Source: Microthyrium microscopicum
Lineage: Eukaryota
Assembly (NCBI GenBank): GCA_010405405.1
Contig: MU004232.1
Location: forward strand, 1,507,481-1,571,480
DNA: 64,000 nt
Direction of reading: 5' to 3'
Notes under the pieces: generated by a model
What the model saw: only the letters and a program-made list of their open reading frames with translations
What the model was told of the DNA's origin: nothing
Databases searched by the model: none
In this document: one piece after another, positions 37,553 through 52,050 of the stretch
How positions within the stretch are numbered: position 1 is the stretch's first letter
Layout: every line of letters begins with the position of its first letter
Program-made: the position numbers and the translations under genes

Positions 37553-39684
37553 ATGGAAGGATACAATAGAAAGAGCATGACGATCCTCAAGTCTTCGGTT
37601 ATGGCACAAAGCCTCATCGCAGCTGTTCATGCTACAGCTCCCGGTCTATCCTCCTATGCGGTGACTGGATTTCCCACATCGGCTTTCTCATCATACTACT
37701 TTCTACCCGCAAGCCCAACTCAAGAAGCTCAACCCATCATCGTGGATCCAATATTGAATATAACGTTCCCATACAACCTTACCAACCCAGACACCATCCC
37801 TACTGTAGCTGGCGATCCTGTCCTGTATCCAGTACCTACGGCAATTTTATCAGCTGCTGCTCAAGCAGCTTACATTAATCAAGCAATCGCCAACGTAAGC
37901 ACCATCATCACAAACAATGGTACTGCCAGCAATTGCACAAAATGCATCAACGCCCTGGTTATAGGCCAGGCTGCCGCAAAGACTGCACCTTCGCTTGTGC
38001 CAAACGCTTTCATCAGCCTTTGCCAACAGTTCAAGTTCGCCAGCAATGCCAGCTGCGTTGAATCTTACCGTAATGATACTTTTGGAGCTGTCTGGACTCA
38101 AGTACTTGCTTTGGCCGACGTTAAAGGATCAGACGGCCAGTACATCTGCAACAACCTTGGGTTCTGCCCCAAGCCAGTCACTCTTCCCCTCAACATTACC
38201 AGCTGGTTCCCCAAGCCCAAGCCAGCAAATGCAACAGTACCTAAAGCAAGTGGTAAACGGGTCAAAGTTGCTCACTTGTCGGATTTCCATCTCGATACAC
38301 GATATGGAGTTGGCGCCGAAGCGAACTGCACATCAGCTTTGTGTTGCCGGAAGAACAACCCAAATCCTTCTGCACCAAAGGGGCAAGTTCTCCTGCCGGC
38401 GCCTTACTATGGAGCATTTGCCTGCGATTCTCCATATGCATTGGGTCTCGCCGCGCTTGAGTCCATTGGGCCATTGACAGGAACCAGCAAAACTGGCGAA
38501 GCTCTCGGATTCAGTATCTATACCGGCGATCTCGTTGCGCATGACCCCCAATCTCAACTCTCGCGAGCAATCACCGAATACACCGAAACCAGCGTCTACG
38601 GCATGTTTAAAACATACATGACAGGTCCCGTTTTCGCCGCTCTAGGGAACCATGACTCCAACCCAGAAAATATAGACGCGCCATACACCCTTCCCGGCGC
38701 TCTCGGCCAACAATCCAGCTGGAACTACCACCACATCTCCGCCCTCTGGCTCCACGAAGGCTGGATGGGTGCCAACGACGCCCTCTCCGCCGGCACCCAC
38801 TACGGCGGCTACTCCGTCAAGACCCACCTCGGCCTGCGCATCATCTCCTTCAACACAGATTTCTACTACCGCAGCAACTACTACATGTTCATCAACACCA
38901 CAGACCCAGACGCCTCAGGAACCTTCAAATGGATGATCAACGAGCTCCAAGCCGCCGAAGATGCCGGCGAACGAGTCTGGATCATCGGCCACGTACTCTC
39001 CGGCTGGGACGGTTCAAACCCACTGCCAAACCCCTCAGATTTGTTCTACCAAATCGTAGCTCGCTATGCACCACACGTAATTGCCAACATATTCTTCGGC
39101 CACACACACGAAGATCAATTCATGCTCTACTACTCCAACAACGGCACCGTACAAGACGCCGCACACGCGTTAACAACAGGCTGGGTCGGGCCAAGTATCA
39201 CACCACTAACGAACCTCAACTCCGGATACCGACTATACGAAGTTGACACTGGTGACTTTAACGTGTACGATGCATTCACATTCTACGCCAACGTCAGCAG
39301 TTTCCCCTCCTTCAATGGCTCTTTATCTACAGGACCAAGTTTCAAGTACGAGTACTCCACTCGCGACGCCTATGGACCAGCTGCGAACTGGCCAGCTTCT
39401 GCACCATTGAATGCGACATTCTGGCAGAAAGTCACTGAGGCGATGGCCGCGAACCATAGCCTTGTGAGCCTGCATAATACGTACCAAGGAAAGATGAGTA
39501 GCCTTAGTCCAAATTGCACGTCAGATGCATGTGCGAAGGCGAAGATCTGCTATATGCGTAGTGGAAGTGTTGCGTTGGGATCGCAGTGTCCGCAAGGGTA
39601 AGTTCCTCTCAAATATCTTAGCGAGCAATGCTAATGTGCGTTTCTAGATTTGCCTCTGTGCAAAGCCCTTTTAAGCCAACTTAA
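37553..39684 (+). CDS. Secreted acid sphingomyelinase-like metallophosphoesterase; intron 39598-39648
   Basis: Saposin-like Cys region; HLSDFHLD, YTGD, LGNHD, IIGH, FFGHTHEDQ, SITP..N; last exon ..FASVQSPFKPT*. Confidence 0.9.
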
Positions 39685-40245
39685 GCGAGTTGCATTTAAT
39701 ATCGAAATATGATGATCGAAGAATGGAGATGGGTAATGAGTAATGTATATAAGACGAGATGAAGAAGAGCTTAGACATATAAGAGCATGGTCAAATGTTC
39801 CTGAATGATAATTTATTACTACAAAGCCTTGAATTCTTCTGCCTTCCCCGAATTGTGTCGCTTCTATGCATGATAGAAGTGCACGAGATCGATACTACGT
39901 GAGGTACGGCCGACATCAATCAGCCTAATCTAAGGGCTTTGAACTGCAGAATACAATACATCGCTGGCTAACAATGGGCTAATACTAGTCATTTTCCATT
40001 CCCTAACAAAAGAGAATAATACCCAACACAAAGTCGACCCAGCAAGCTATAAGACAACATAAAAACCAAGAACGTTGGATCCGGCTCATTTTCAGCCACT
40101 CAAAGAAAGGCTTTTGTATCATCCCTTTCATGACAGACCAGACCAAAACAAATACCCAATGCACAGCTATCGTGAGCTGCTGCCAGTGCCCCAATTACGC
40201 CTTGCTTGCATAGAAATCCCACAATCATTACATCAAACTGTACCA

Positions 40246-41987
40246 TTACATGTTCTTGCGAACAACAACAGTACGCTTGCTCTTTCGAACTACACGCTGC
40301 ACCACATGCTGACCATCAGCAGCGGCAGTATCATCACCCATTTCACTTGCAGCCTGTGATGACATGCCCGAGACATGGTGCGCTTCGGCATCCTCCGAGT
40401 TGCGAATAGAGCGAGCGACGAGAGACTGCGAGCTCTGGGGAGTTGGCAGATGCTTGATGCGCTTGACCAGACGCTGCTCGCCCTCTTCATCATCAAGCTC
40501 GGCAACATCGACGGCCTTGAGAATATTCTTTTCTTCCAGGAGGGTGTCTGCAACCTTCATCTTTTCCCAGCTGCGTTCGGCAACTGAGCTTTGGTCCGCA
40601 GCCATAGAGCATAGGGTATGGTGTAGCTCGCGAACAGTATTCTGGAGATCAACGATAGTGTCGGCTTGGTTCAGGTTTTCATCGCGAGCGAGGTGGATTT
40701 CTTCAGACAGAGCTGTGTTTGTCTCGTACAGGTCGGCAACTATAATTGAGTTAGCTCAAGAATTTGAAACAAGGCATGCTTTGTCTGTAATCTGGATAAC
40801 TTACCTTCTTTTCGCAGGGTGGAGAGGCCAGAGTTGAGTTCCTTTTCTTTGTCGAACCAGGTCCCTTGTACTTCGAGCAATTCAATGTTGGACTTCTCGA
40901 GCTGGCCCTCGAGAGAATCAATCCGATTCTTTTTAGTATCGACATCAGATTTCAAGAGCTCGAGATCAGAAGAAAGATCCTCCTTGACCTTGGTTGTCTC
41001 CTCATACTCAGAGAGAAGTGTATCGTGGTTCTCTTGCAGTTTGGCTAGCTTGGCGTCAGTTTTGGTAGCACGAGAAGTTGCCAATTTGGCATCGTGCTCC
41101 TTTTTGTTGTTTGCAGCGAGAAGCTTTTCGTTCTCTGCGGTCAGTTGTTGGACCATGTCCAAAAGGCGACGATCTTGATGGGCCAAATAATCTCTATCAG
41201 TCGTAAGAGCCTCATTTTCGGCAGTACGGTGAAGGATTTCCTGCTTTTCCCGATAGCAGAAATCCTAGAATGAAGTTAGCAAATGATTGCTGTCAAAAGA
41301 TGAAGGCTCAAAGGAGTTGCTATTGCGTCAGGGTAATAGGAGAAGAGTACTTACCAAAATATGGGCTGCAAGAGAAGGATTAGAGAGATCGGCAATCGAC
41401 TCGCCTGGCGCAATTTCTGCGAAAGTTTTGCGCAGATTCGTAAACACCTTACGGACATTGTTCATCATATCATCAAGAGACATTGTCGCTTCATTGTCAC
41501 CAAAGCCCAAAGCTCGAAGCTCAAGTGCCGTCGTATTTCGAATCTGAATAGCCTGTTCTTTCTCCACACTCAAACGAGTTATTTCCTCCTTCAAAGCATT
41601 GATCTCGACCTTGACCTGCACATCCGCAACACTCTCATTGTCCTCAGCATTAGCTGTAAAGGAGGGTGACGCAAAGCGAGAGTTAGGTGTAAAGTCGGTC
41701 TTGACAGTCAGATCTTCTGGAAGGACCCATTCGTTCTGGCCCATGGACGCCTTTTGACGTTGTGGACGGGATGGAGAGGCATTTTCTGGCTCAGTAGTGA
41801 GCAATTGATCGAGAGAGTACTTTTTGACCGAAGACACTCGTGGTGTTGGAGCAAGAGAACGCAGGGCAACTTCTTGACTAGTGAGGCGTTTGCGTTTCTG
41901 TGGTGGAACAGGAGTGGTGAATTCGGTGGAATCTATAGAAGCACGATTGCGGCGCTTGGAGCCCTGATTGAAGAAGACGCTATGCAT
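40246..41987 (-). CDS. Coiled-coil protein of unknown function, multi-exon
   Basis: ORFs 41328-41987, 40740-41186 and 40246-40605 joined by GT-AG introns; heptad-rich sequence; S/T-P sites and basic motif in N-terminus. Confidence 0.6.
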
Positions 41988-42900
41988 AACTGTGAGATTG
42001 AGGAAGAAAATTAAGGGATATGGAGCGATAATGGAGTGAGTTTTGAGAATGTAGACAGATCAGAGTATCAGAGGTGTTGGGGGGAGGAAGGTTGGAGATA
42101 TCAGATCATAGATGGGTCTGGTTGATGACGATGGCAAGCAATGACGATGGATGTGCGTTGATCTTGTTTGAACCAGATGTGGTAGGAGCTTTAGGAGGGG
42201 TGCGCAAGAGCAATCCTAGGCGACGACTGGGAAGGAGTTATTAAAGAAGTGTGCTGGCAAAATAGATGGCGACGAGGGTGATAATGGGAAATGCAGTGAC
42301 GACCAGGTAGACAAACTGTCACTAGAGCTGGTAGGTCGGCTTTGTTTATAGAAAAAAGTTGTCACCTCAAAAACCAACCTTTCTGTGTGAGGTGGCTTGA
42401 GTGACAAACTTGGCGTAAAAACAAATAAGAGACCTCATACCGTAGGCTGCAAGTATCCATTGTAACTTAGACATATTACATGAAACATTGGTCTGTGAGC
42501 CGTCAGTATTCAAGACATATCGCATGGCTGCATGACGATCTATCACTGCAAAATCCTAACCTCCCGAAAACAGCATCTACTATTTTAATAGCTAAGTCTA
42601 TACGGAATTTCAAGAGGGCGAAAACTTCATCAAGCATAAACCCGTAAGTAGTTGACGTCGTACATCTTTGCCATGGACAATGCTGGTGGTAAAAGGTACA
42701 GAGAGGCGGGTATTGGTGTCATATAAATCCATTGCACTGACAACAAAATCCACAACGCGCGATCCGACGAATCTCAGTATTCGTCCTTCTTGTTTGAAAA
42801 GACCTTTGCAGTTGTCTCAATGTGTACTGGGCTTTTTCGTTGATATGCAAGTAGAGCTGGAGTCGTCCAACATTTGGCGCAATTTTGTGTTCCCGATATT

Positions 42901-44012
42901 TCAATCCACATCATCTGGCTTTGGTGTCGCCGTTTTGCCAATCTTGTCATCATTGTCTGCTGCAGCCTTAACATCTTCAGTCGCTTTTGCTTTATCACCC
43001 TCCGCTTCTTCAGGCTTGTGCTCTTTGGTATCCTCTTCACTCTTCACAGCCTTGTCCTCGTTGGCCTTCACGGGCTTGCTGTCTTCAGTATTGTTCTCGA
43101 CTGCTCCAGGCTTGCTCTCTTTGTCCTCCTTAGAACCTTTCCTCACCAGTTGGAAGGTAGCATGGAACAGCAATTGATCCGTCTTGCGGTCCCGAAGTAC
43201 GTATCGAAGCGGCGGGATTTCTTCTTTATCGCCAAGGATCCTCAATAAATTGAACGAGAGACCCATAGGAAGCTTAAGAGCAAAATCTGTCAGGCTTTGT
43301 TAGTGAATGCTTGTACTCCCAAGAGCCAATACATCAACATACCATTAAAGTCCAGATATCCATTAAAAAAGTCAAAGTCGTACCGCCTACCCTTCTCAAA
43401 AGTCCATTTCTTCCGTTTATCCTCCTTCAAAAAGCCTTTAGCTCTCTTCCCTTCTGCACTCGGCAGTCCCAATTCCGCCCGTTTCTGACTAGGCTCCTCA
43501 TCAGGTTTGCCAGAAGCACCCTCCTTCAACACCTCAGCACCATCAACCTCCACCTCACCCTCAACCTCCGGCCCAATCCGCATAATGTTCACACTACTCA
43601 ACAACGGTCCATTAAGATATGGTTTATCCGAGTATGGATCGCCATCTAGTCCAGGATCAATCATAGTCTTGACAATATTCAAAGCCGTCCCAAATAGCGG
43701 GGGCAAATATTCGCGGATCGGCTTATCAAAGTCATTGCCCAGCGTGATATCATCGCCGCCAAGGTCTTTCTTGGGCACGAGTGTAAAGCCTATGCTGTAT
43801 CTTGCGCCTTTGCGGACGTCAAAGTAGGCGCATGTTTTGGGGATGTCGGAGTCGGGTGGCGGGCGGAAGTCTTTGATGCGCAGGGTTAGGTAGATGTCGG
43901 CGGATTCGGAGGAGAGTTTGAGAGGGGTGGCTTTGTTGACGGGGAAGGGTTGTTGCTCGGAGTATTGGGCGCCGGCGGTGACGCGCAGCATGTATTTCTC
44001 TTCGGTGGACAT
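42901..44012 (-). CDS. DUF1769-family conserved fungal protein; one intron near 43285-43340
   Basis: KYMLRVTAG, GNDFDKPIR..LPP, IDPGLDGDPYSDKPYL.GP, FDFFNGYLDF, PLRYVLR. Confidence 0.8.
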
Positions 44013-44456
44013 TTTGAGTGTGGTGGTGAGAAGGAGGATGATTTGGTGTTTGAGGAGTTTGGGTGGTCATGGATGTTGGGATTGAGCTACGTAGGTGTGG
44101 CTGCTGGCTCGCGTGCCCCAATATGCTCTACTAGAGTAGCTCTAGGTTCACTGCTGGTACTCTCTGGATATATTTCTACGATCACTGCTCTCGACTTTAT
44201 TGGCGAAATAAATTGTACTCAATCAGACAGTAAATGAGCCTCGGGAGTGATAGAATGGGAGCAACTGCTTGCAGGGGGTGGCACAGTCACCTATGACGTT
44301 GAATTGCTGGTTCCGATGCCGGAATCGAAACAACGACTACTCCAAGTCGTGAACTTGATCACTTCTTTCCCTACGTCCATTGAATCATACAAGGCTGTCA
44401 TAACACAAGATAAAATTGGGTATCAAACAAATCTAAAGGTTTCTCCCAACAACCGC

Positions 44457-46786
44457 CTACCAACCAAACGACTCGTCTTCAAGAATAATATGCCTCTCCC
44501 CCTTTCGAACATAAGCAGACACAATCCCGCGCACCTCATCGGCCATTTCAGAAGGGCCACAAACCATGACTACCACATCAACCCCTGGTCCTTGGAGCTC
44601 CTGGAACAAGACTGCTGGCAAGTCTAGTCGTTGACTGACAGATAGCTTCTTGTCGATGTTTGCCAGGTGTGGTGATACCTGATCAACCAGTGCTGGAGTA
44701 CGACATCCCCAATATAACTTCTTTGGTCCCAAATGGTGTCTCAGTGTGGGCAAAACAGCTGTGATTCCCACTCCTCCTGCGATTGCTATCAATCGACAGT
44801 GCGGTGGTGGAGGCTTCGGGCAGTGATAAGAACCCTCCACAAGAACTACCAGGGATTTGCGATTCCGTAGATGTCGTGTTGTACCGCCCATTCCGCGGAC
44901 CAGTAAAGAAAAGCCAGGTATGAGGGTGCCCGGCTGAATTGTTTGCGTAACGGTTTCGATTTGAAGACCTCCTGGTCGTTTTTCAATATCTTCCGAGAAG
45001 CTACTTTTCTCTGATTCTCGTGGGCTGTTTGGATTGGGGGACTTGCTTTGATCTGGCAGCGCGCTGGCATACACTGAAAAGGGGTGGTTCTCCCACACAC
45101 GCCAACTCAATGTTGGAAAGTACAAATAAACGTGGCCTTCCACTTCGATATTTCGGACATCGATCTGAATGTAATCATCATCGACAATGGTAATTTCAGC
45201 TTTCCCTGTCACTCGTTAGTATGAAAATAGCAGTGTAACGAATGGTCTACATGTTATAAGGATTGCAGATAACACCATTTGAAACTCACCTATGCCATTT
45301 TTGGCAATGCGAAGAACCCGCATGACGTGATCCAAGACCCAGAAAGCAAGGGTGAAATAGATGAAAATCTCATATCTAGCAAGGTCAGTCAGTATAAGTT
45401 ATTCCAAAGACAGTCGACTTACCCATGACTTCCTAGATCCCGAGTATATTTGTACCAAATATGTTGCCAAACCGCCAAAAGTGCAGCAGCCGCCAGGATA
45501 ACATGGCCCGCCAAAAAGAGCTCGTACATCCGCTGACGAATTGGCAGGATCGAAGTCATGAAGATGAGAGAAAATGATAACGTGCCTACGATGCCCCATT
45601 GCCAGTATGTCGCTCTCACTCTTTGCGAATGATTGTGAGTGGAAAGTGTAGCTCGCGACACCCATACTATGGAGTGTAAGACGGCCTCCATTATGCAGCA
45701 GTATGCTATCCAGCGGTGAAGAAGAAGATATGTCGCGTGCGGCCAATTTGTGATGCGTAGAAGAATATTGTTTCGTCCAGCAAAAAGAGCCAGTATCATG
45801 AAATTGACCAATGCAAGCATTCCGCATCGATTGCCGAAATAAACGGCTATTTCCCATCCAGATGGTTGAGGATAGTTTGTAGATGGTGAGAAAGATTTGA
45901 AGCCGATGCCTGCTGCTAGGACGTTGGCGAAGATGATGATGACAATGTATATGCCTTCGCCGTATGTTGGTGCATATCCTATGGAGAATGGAAGAGGTAC
46001 TCGTCGTTTGTTTCGTATCATTGCCGGATAGATGAAGGTCCCATATATTTTGGAGAGCACTGGTTTTGGAATTGGAAAGAAATACCACAAAAAGGTGAGG
46101 ATGACCGGAAATCCCAAGCTAAGAACGGCAATTGATATTCTGTTCTCTGGTTAGCAAGAAGTAAAGAAGATAGTCATACATTCCAGCGACCTGAAACCTG
46201 AATCAAGTTTTTACTCCAAAAAAGGTGAAGTGATTGATAGAGGTGGCTAAACTTACGCAGCTTTGGAAGAGGCTTGACCCATCTCTTCATGCGATGCAGA
46301 AGTGTGTACATTGAGTACATATTTTTGATTATTGAAGAGCATAGTCTGGTTAATCAGTATGTTTTCCGAGGCGAGAACCTTTGTTGGTGGTTCTTTGATA
46401 CTAGCCAGACTTTCTTGATATGTCAATTTTGGCACAGGAGGTGTTGGAAATATCTTCGGAGTCGCCGCATGTTGATGCCACCATTTTTCAATCTTCCATA
46501 CTTCTTCTCCGGAGCACTTCGTTTTGACGCACCATGCGAGAGTACTAAGAAATGGCGGATTGGAGGCAAAGCATTTTGGTGGCGTTATGGGTTCTCGACG
46601 ACCTTTTGGAGGGCCACGGGGAGTAGGCGTACATGATAATGGGTTGAATGCAATGGTGTCAAAACAATCTGTTGCACAAGAAAGTTCGTTGAGATCATGT
46701 GGAAACCCGATAAGTCCTTGAAAATGAGCACTTCTGGCCGTCACTGACGCGACCAGAAAGAGTTGAGCAATGGTCGCAATAAACAT
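44457..46786 (-). CDS. Ferric/cupric reductase-like transmembrane oxidoreductase (FRE family), multi-exon
   Basis: Signal peptide plus Cys-rich N-domain; RNN..HRW..LHS heme ligands, YELFLAGH, HPFS, AGGVGITA, CGP, ESFGW. Confidence 0.9.
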
Positions 46787-49008
46787 TTCCAATGTCCATA
46801 AATTGTCTTCGAGGACGGAGATGCTCCCGCAAGACAGACGCCTTGCCTTAAATTGAAATTGGGATTCTATGCCTCGTGAAGAAAGTATATGCTAAACTAA
46901 CAACTCGTATTTCTTCCAGAGATCCAAGAAAATAAGACCATTGTATTGTAGAATCACACCTTATCGTTGAGAGGAGATGTCGCAAGGATCGTATATTGAT
47001 CTGAAGTGAATCCACATCATCGGTTTTCATTGGAGAGATAGGCAAACCTGGTGAGAGGGACATCTTGCAATCAAATCGGAACACTACACGATCTTTAGAT
47101 TGCTCTCAGGGGCTAGCTAGAATTAGTCCGACGAGTATAAACTGACAAGGAATCAACGCTGCGATCATCTTCAAAACTGTCAATGGTCTCTTTTCTTGGA
47201 AATGTACAACAACAACCATATACACCATGAGATTTAATAGGTTGAAAGTAGACTGAGTTTCGCTAATCCATGTGCCATATTTCCAGGGTAGACATTGGCG
47301 GCCACTATCTGGATTATTTTCTTTGCCCATGAACTTGAGTATCAAGCGTCAAGAACGACTTAATTGGTAGCAGACTGCTTGGGAAAGTCACTTTCATGAA
47401 AACCGGGTCCTGAAGCCTAACCAGTTAACAGAAAAACAATGGGGGATTTACTTTACGACAGTTCTGTGATTGGTTGCTGCTGGCGAGGCATTTCCTTTAA
47501 TAAAGCGGCCATGAATAGATCGTCATGGATCAGCCCTACGGTAGCTTTAGAATGCCTGACATTTAAAGTAATGTGAACGTGACTGTCCACTTGCTTCGCG
47601 ATTTCTGTTACAGGTCCAAGAGTTTTGAGCTGTCAATAGGGTGGCGAAACAACGAGATTCCATATAACGTTCGTGTTGTTATCAAGTACAGTTGGTGGTG
47701 AGGATTGATCCCAACGATTGATATCACATTCTTGAGTCAATACCTAAGCACTTTTAAAAATGAACCTGGTACAGCTGTATCGTTCCCCACCCTCCGAAAC
47801 GTGAATATATGTCCCCTTCGTTAGCAAGGTTGTTATGACGCAGTCAGGCTCATCGCATCTGGAGTACCGGCAGAAGAGATATGTCCAAATCTTATTCCAA
47901 GTGATTTTCTGTATCGGATCTTCCGCCATATGCTTCACGAAGCTGCTGCCCGACCTAGATCTTCCATTCATCCCAAGGAGACTACAATTATACTACACAC
48001 TTAGCAAATTCAAGATCGCTTTCCAGGCTGCCCAGTGCCCAGTCATCTGTAAAGACGAGAGTGAACCTTCCGGGTTTGGCATACCAATTGTATTCCAGAG
48101 CTCCCCTGATGAGAACGGCAACACAATATTCTCGGGGACATGGCTACCAAATTCCACTTCAGCGAATAAGCGGCATACGCCCATACCCGCGATATCTCGC
48201 ATCCATTTTGCTTCAGATTGAATATTGTGCTTATTATCATATGCGATCAAGTCTTGAATGTCTACGGGACGAGATGAGAAGTAAAGCATCTTATATGTAA
48301 AAGTGGTGATGATAGCGGTTGACGTTAATAGGACTCCCGCATTTTAGATATGTTGCCAATCAGTTGATCGCTGAAGCGAGTGTCTTCCGATTTTAAAAAG
48401 AGAGAAAGATAACTCGAGACAGTAAAGCCAGGATCTTCTGACAGCTCACGTAATTTTGATTGACCAAATCTCATGAACGCAGTGTTGAGTCCTGCTCTAT
48501 AAATGCGGTATTGTACTCATCACTGGAGTCTGGAGCTTGGAGTCTTGAGAAATTGGAGACAGCCACCACCCGAATGATTCCATCAATCAATAATCACCAT
48601 AACCTAAGCTCGACTTCGGTTTCTAGGACTTTGCATTTACACCAGGCTGAATTAAATATTTGGCCCATATGATTGGCCAAGAAGATGGTAGCATCTGACG
48701 AATGAAAGCTCAAGAATCCCGATGCGGTGACAGGGATAGTCCATCAAGGTGCAACCAAGGCAACCTCCAATGCCACGATGCGCGTCTCAAGATCAATCCA
48801 TACAACTTATTTTCATCGCTCCGCCAATCCTTTGGACTCACCGTCAAGTTCTCATAGTGTGCTGTCAGCGCTCTTCTCCAGCAAATTAACGCTCCTTTGG
48901 CCGCGAAGCGCCTGACATCATGACTGGATGATGTGACGAGCTGCAACTCTTCAACTACTATATGCACCACAGCATCTAGCAAACTCATACGCCTCAATCC
49001 TCGATATC

Positions 49009-51011
49009 ATGTCGTTACTAGACAAACTCCGCCGGGTTTACTCCCTGGATACTTTAGATACTCGATTTGTTGTTTCTAGCACCACGCCGCCTCGCCAGGC
49101 ACTAGCAAGTCGTGATGAGGGACCACAAACCGCTACGAAAGATGCTCAACCTTCCTTATGGCGGACGACCGAATTCTATGTCTACTACATCATCTTCGTG
49201 ACTGTGGTCATACAGATGGTCAAGTCGCCGATGGAGGTGTCAAAAAGTAAGATTGTCGTCACAGACCTCTAGTCTTTACTCATGCTCACACAGCGACTTA
49301 TCCGACATACTCGAAATACTCACACCTCTTGTCAGATGGTTGGATATTCGGTAGAAAAGCGGTATGTAGGCAACATTGCCCCAGCCATATTGTATTGGAT
49401 TTGTCTAATTGCTTATAGGATAACTCCGATTCCCAATACTCTACGTTTCGTGACAACGTTCCATACCTTATAATTCTCTTAATTGCTCATCCTCTCCTCC
49501 GGCGAATGTACGATATATTTTGGGGCGCCAATAACTACGCACAATCGAATAAATCTTCCAAAAACAGTAAACTCACGCAAGGGCTTTCACCTGCTGCTGC
49601 AGCTGATGCTAGACTCCAGCAGAGAGTCTCTTTCGACGTATACTTTGCTGGCGTTTTCATGATTGCCCTTCATGGTTTTAGTGCCAGCAAAGTGTTTGGA
49701 ATCCTATACATAAACTACTCGTTATTAAAGGGACTACCACGAGAATACCTCCCAGCAGCTACCTGGATATTCAACATAGGTATCCTATTTGCAAATGAGC
49801 TCGGACACGGATATCCTTTTGCAACCATGGCCTCTTTTTTTGGTGCTTCGGGAACCAAATGGGGAATTTGGATGGATCACCATGGTGGTTTGATATCTAG
49901 ATGGGAAATCTTGTTCAACCTGACAATCCTACGCCTGATCAGTTTCAACATGGACTACTACTGGAGCCTTAGTTCGAATGGAACAAATTCCTCTGAAGTG
50001 AGTGATCCATAATGTTTGCAGGAACCTACTAATGCGCAAAAGAAGAAGCAGATTGATCCTGCTGATTTATCAGAGCGTGATCGAGTAAGCATTCCGGCAA
50101 AACCAGAGGATTTTACCTTCCGAAATTATATTGGTTACACCCTCTACGCGCCGCTATATTTGACTGGCCCCATCATAACCTTCAACGACTTCACGTCACA
50201 AATGCGATACAAACTCGCTAGCATCACTCCCGACCGTACTGCGCGATATGCGGTACGATTCCTCGTGGTTTTCCTGACCATGGAGATTCTCATACATTAT
50301 ATCTATGCAGTGGCTATCTCCAAGGCTGATCCTGATTGGAGCTCGTACACTCCCTTTCAGCTAAGCATGCTAGGATATTTCAACCTACACCATATTTGGT
50401 TGAAACTTTTGATTCCATGGCGATTCTTCCGACTATGGGCTCTAACTGATGGGATAGATCCCCCTGAAAACATGACTCGGTGTATGAGCAACAATTACTC
50501 AATACTAGCTTTCTGGCGAGGCTGGCATAGAAGCTTCAACCGATGGATTGTTCGATACATGTTTATCCCACTTGGTGGCAGCCAACAGTCTGGACTGCTC
50601 GGCAACATCCAGAAAATTGGCAACTATCTTCTTGTGTTCATGTTTGTGGCCATGTGGCACGACATTAATCTTCGACTATTGATGTGGGGATGGCTCATCA
50701 CGATTTTTGTGATACCAGAAATCTCCGCCAAAATGTTATTCCCTGCAAAAAAGTACAAAGAACGCCCAACCACATACCGTATACTCTCTGGACTTGGTGC
50801 GATTGCGAATATTCTCATGCTCATGGTTGCCAATCTTGTCGGTTACGCACTGGGTGTTGATGGGCTCAAAGGCTTGCTTCATGGTATGATAGGAAGCACT
50901 GCCGGTCTTGCATTATTTGCTGCAATATCTGGATGTCTTTTTGTAGGGTCTCAGATTATGTTCGAGGTCCGCGAAGAAGAGAAACGGGCTGGTATTGATA
51001 TGAAATGCTAA
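49009..51011 (+). CDS. GUP1: MBOAT O-acyltransferase Gup1, multi-exon
   Basis: YSLDTLDTRF, RWEILFNLTILRLISFNMDYYW, YAPLYLTGPIITFNDF, FWRGWHRSFNRW, FVAMWHD. Confidence 0.95.
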
Positions 51012-52050
51012 CAACACCAAGTCCATATATAACTTGGGTTGTCTGAAATCAGACATACATATTCACATGACTTGCCCTTTTTTCTTGTTATCCTTGTGCT
51101 GAATGCTCATTGACCTTTATAGGGTTGCAAATCAAATGGCTATATTCAGCCCTCCGAAAAGTCAATCGAACAGGCGAGAACTTCCCTCGCATGGATCATG
51201 ACATGCTCAATAGCTTGACATTTTCGTAGCAAGACGTCCAACGCTAATTACCACCCATAGCAAAAAAGAATCTCAATTAGTGGTTCAGCCAAAGGTTCCT
51301 CGCTACAGTACAACTTCAACGTCGCAGCTTCCTTTAGACGAGAGCGCTCTTTCTTGATCAGGAACTTGGCTATTTCTTCAGCTACTACCCAACTGTTGAC
51401 CATGATCGAGATCTTGTCGACCTCTGTTCCTGTTTAACACCGAGAGAAACTTTTAAATTTGAACTAGAGCCTATCAAATTTCTATCCATCATCTTTCCTT
51501 CGTCCCCGAAACGGCTCCTATAGACCCTAGGCCTTGACAGCCGACGGGTGCCCTGGTCCAAGTGTCAATATATCCACAACCCCGTTTTAACCTATTGTAC
51601 ACAATTTGAAATGATATTAGACATATACAACATTAACTTACACCAATGCAGTTCACGAGTAACAGCCACCTCTACCTATCTCACCTCTCTAGCCGCAGGA
51701 ATCACGCGCTTTCTCTCAATATCATCCTGGCGCCTGGTTCAATTGTCACATCCACCTCGAGATCTGCCGACCCGTCAATATTCGCACATCTCCCGTGGAA
51801 ACCTGGAGTGGACGCTAAGCTAAGCCTTCGGAACTGACCAGACTGCTCAAGTGGGTAATTACACTGGTAACAAAGTCACCTTTTGTTCATCATTCTGGTC
51901 ATAGACAACACCAGCCCCAATTCGCGAAACATGCAGAACTGGCTGGATATATGCTCAACTTGATCGGTTGTGCTGGTTGTTGAGGAAGATCGATTGACTT
52001 TCATTTTCTTTCTATATGGGAAGCCGTCGGTCATTTTTACAAGAATAGTT

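Noticed and set aside
47744..48300. Short ORFs between the ferric reductase and GUP1
   Set aside because: No recognisable motifs or coherent exon chain; cannot support a gene call
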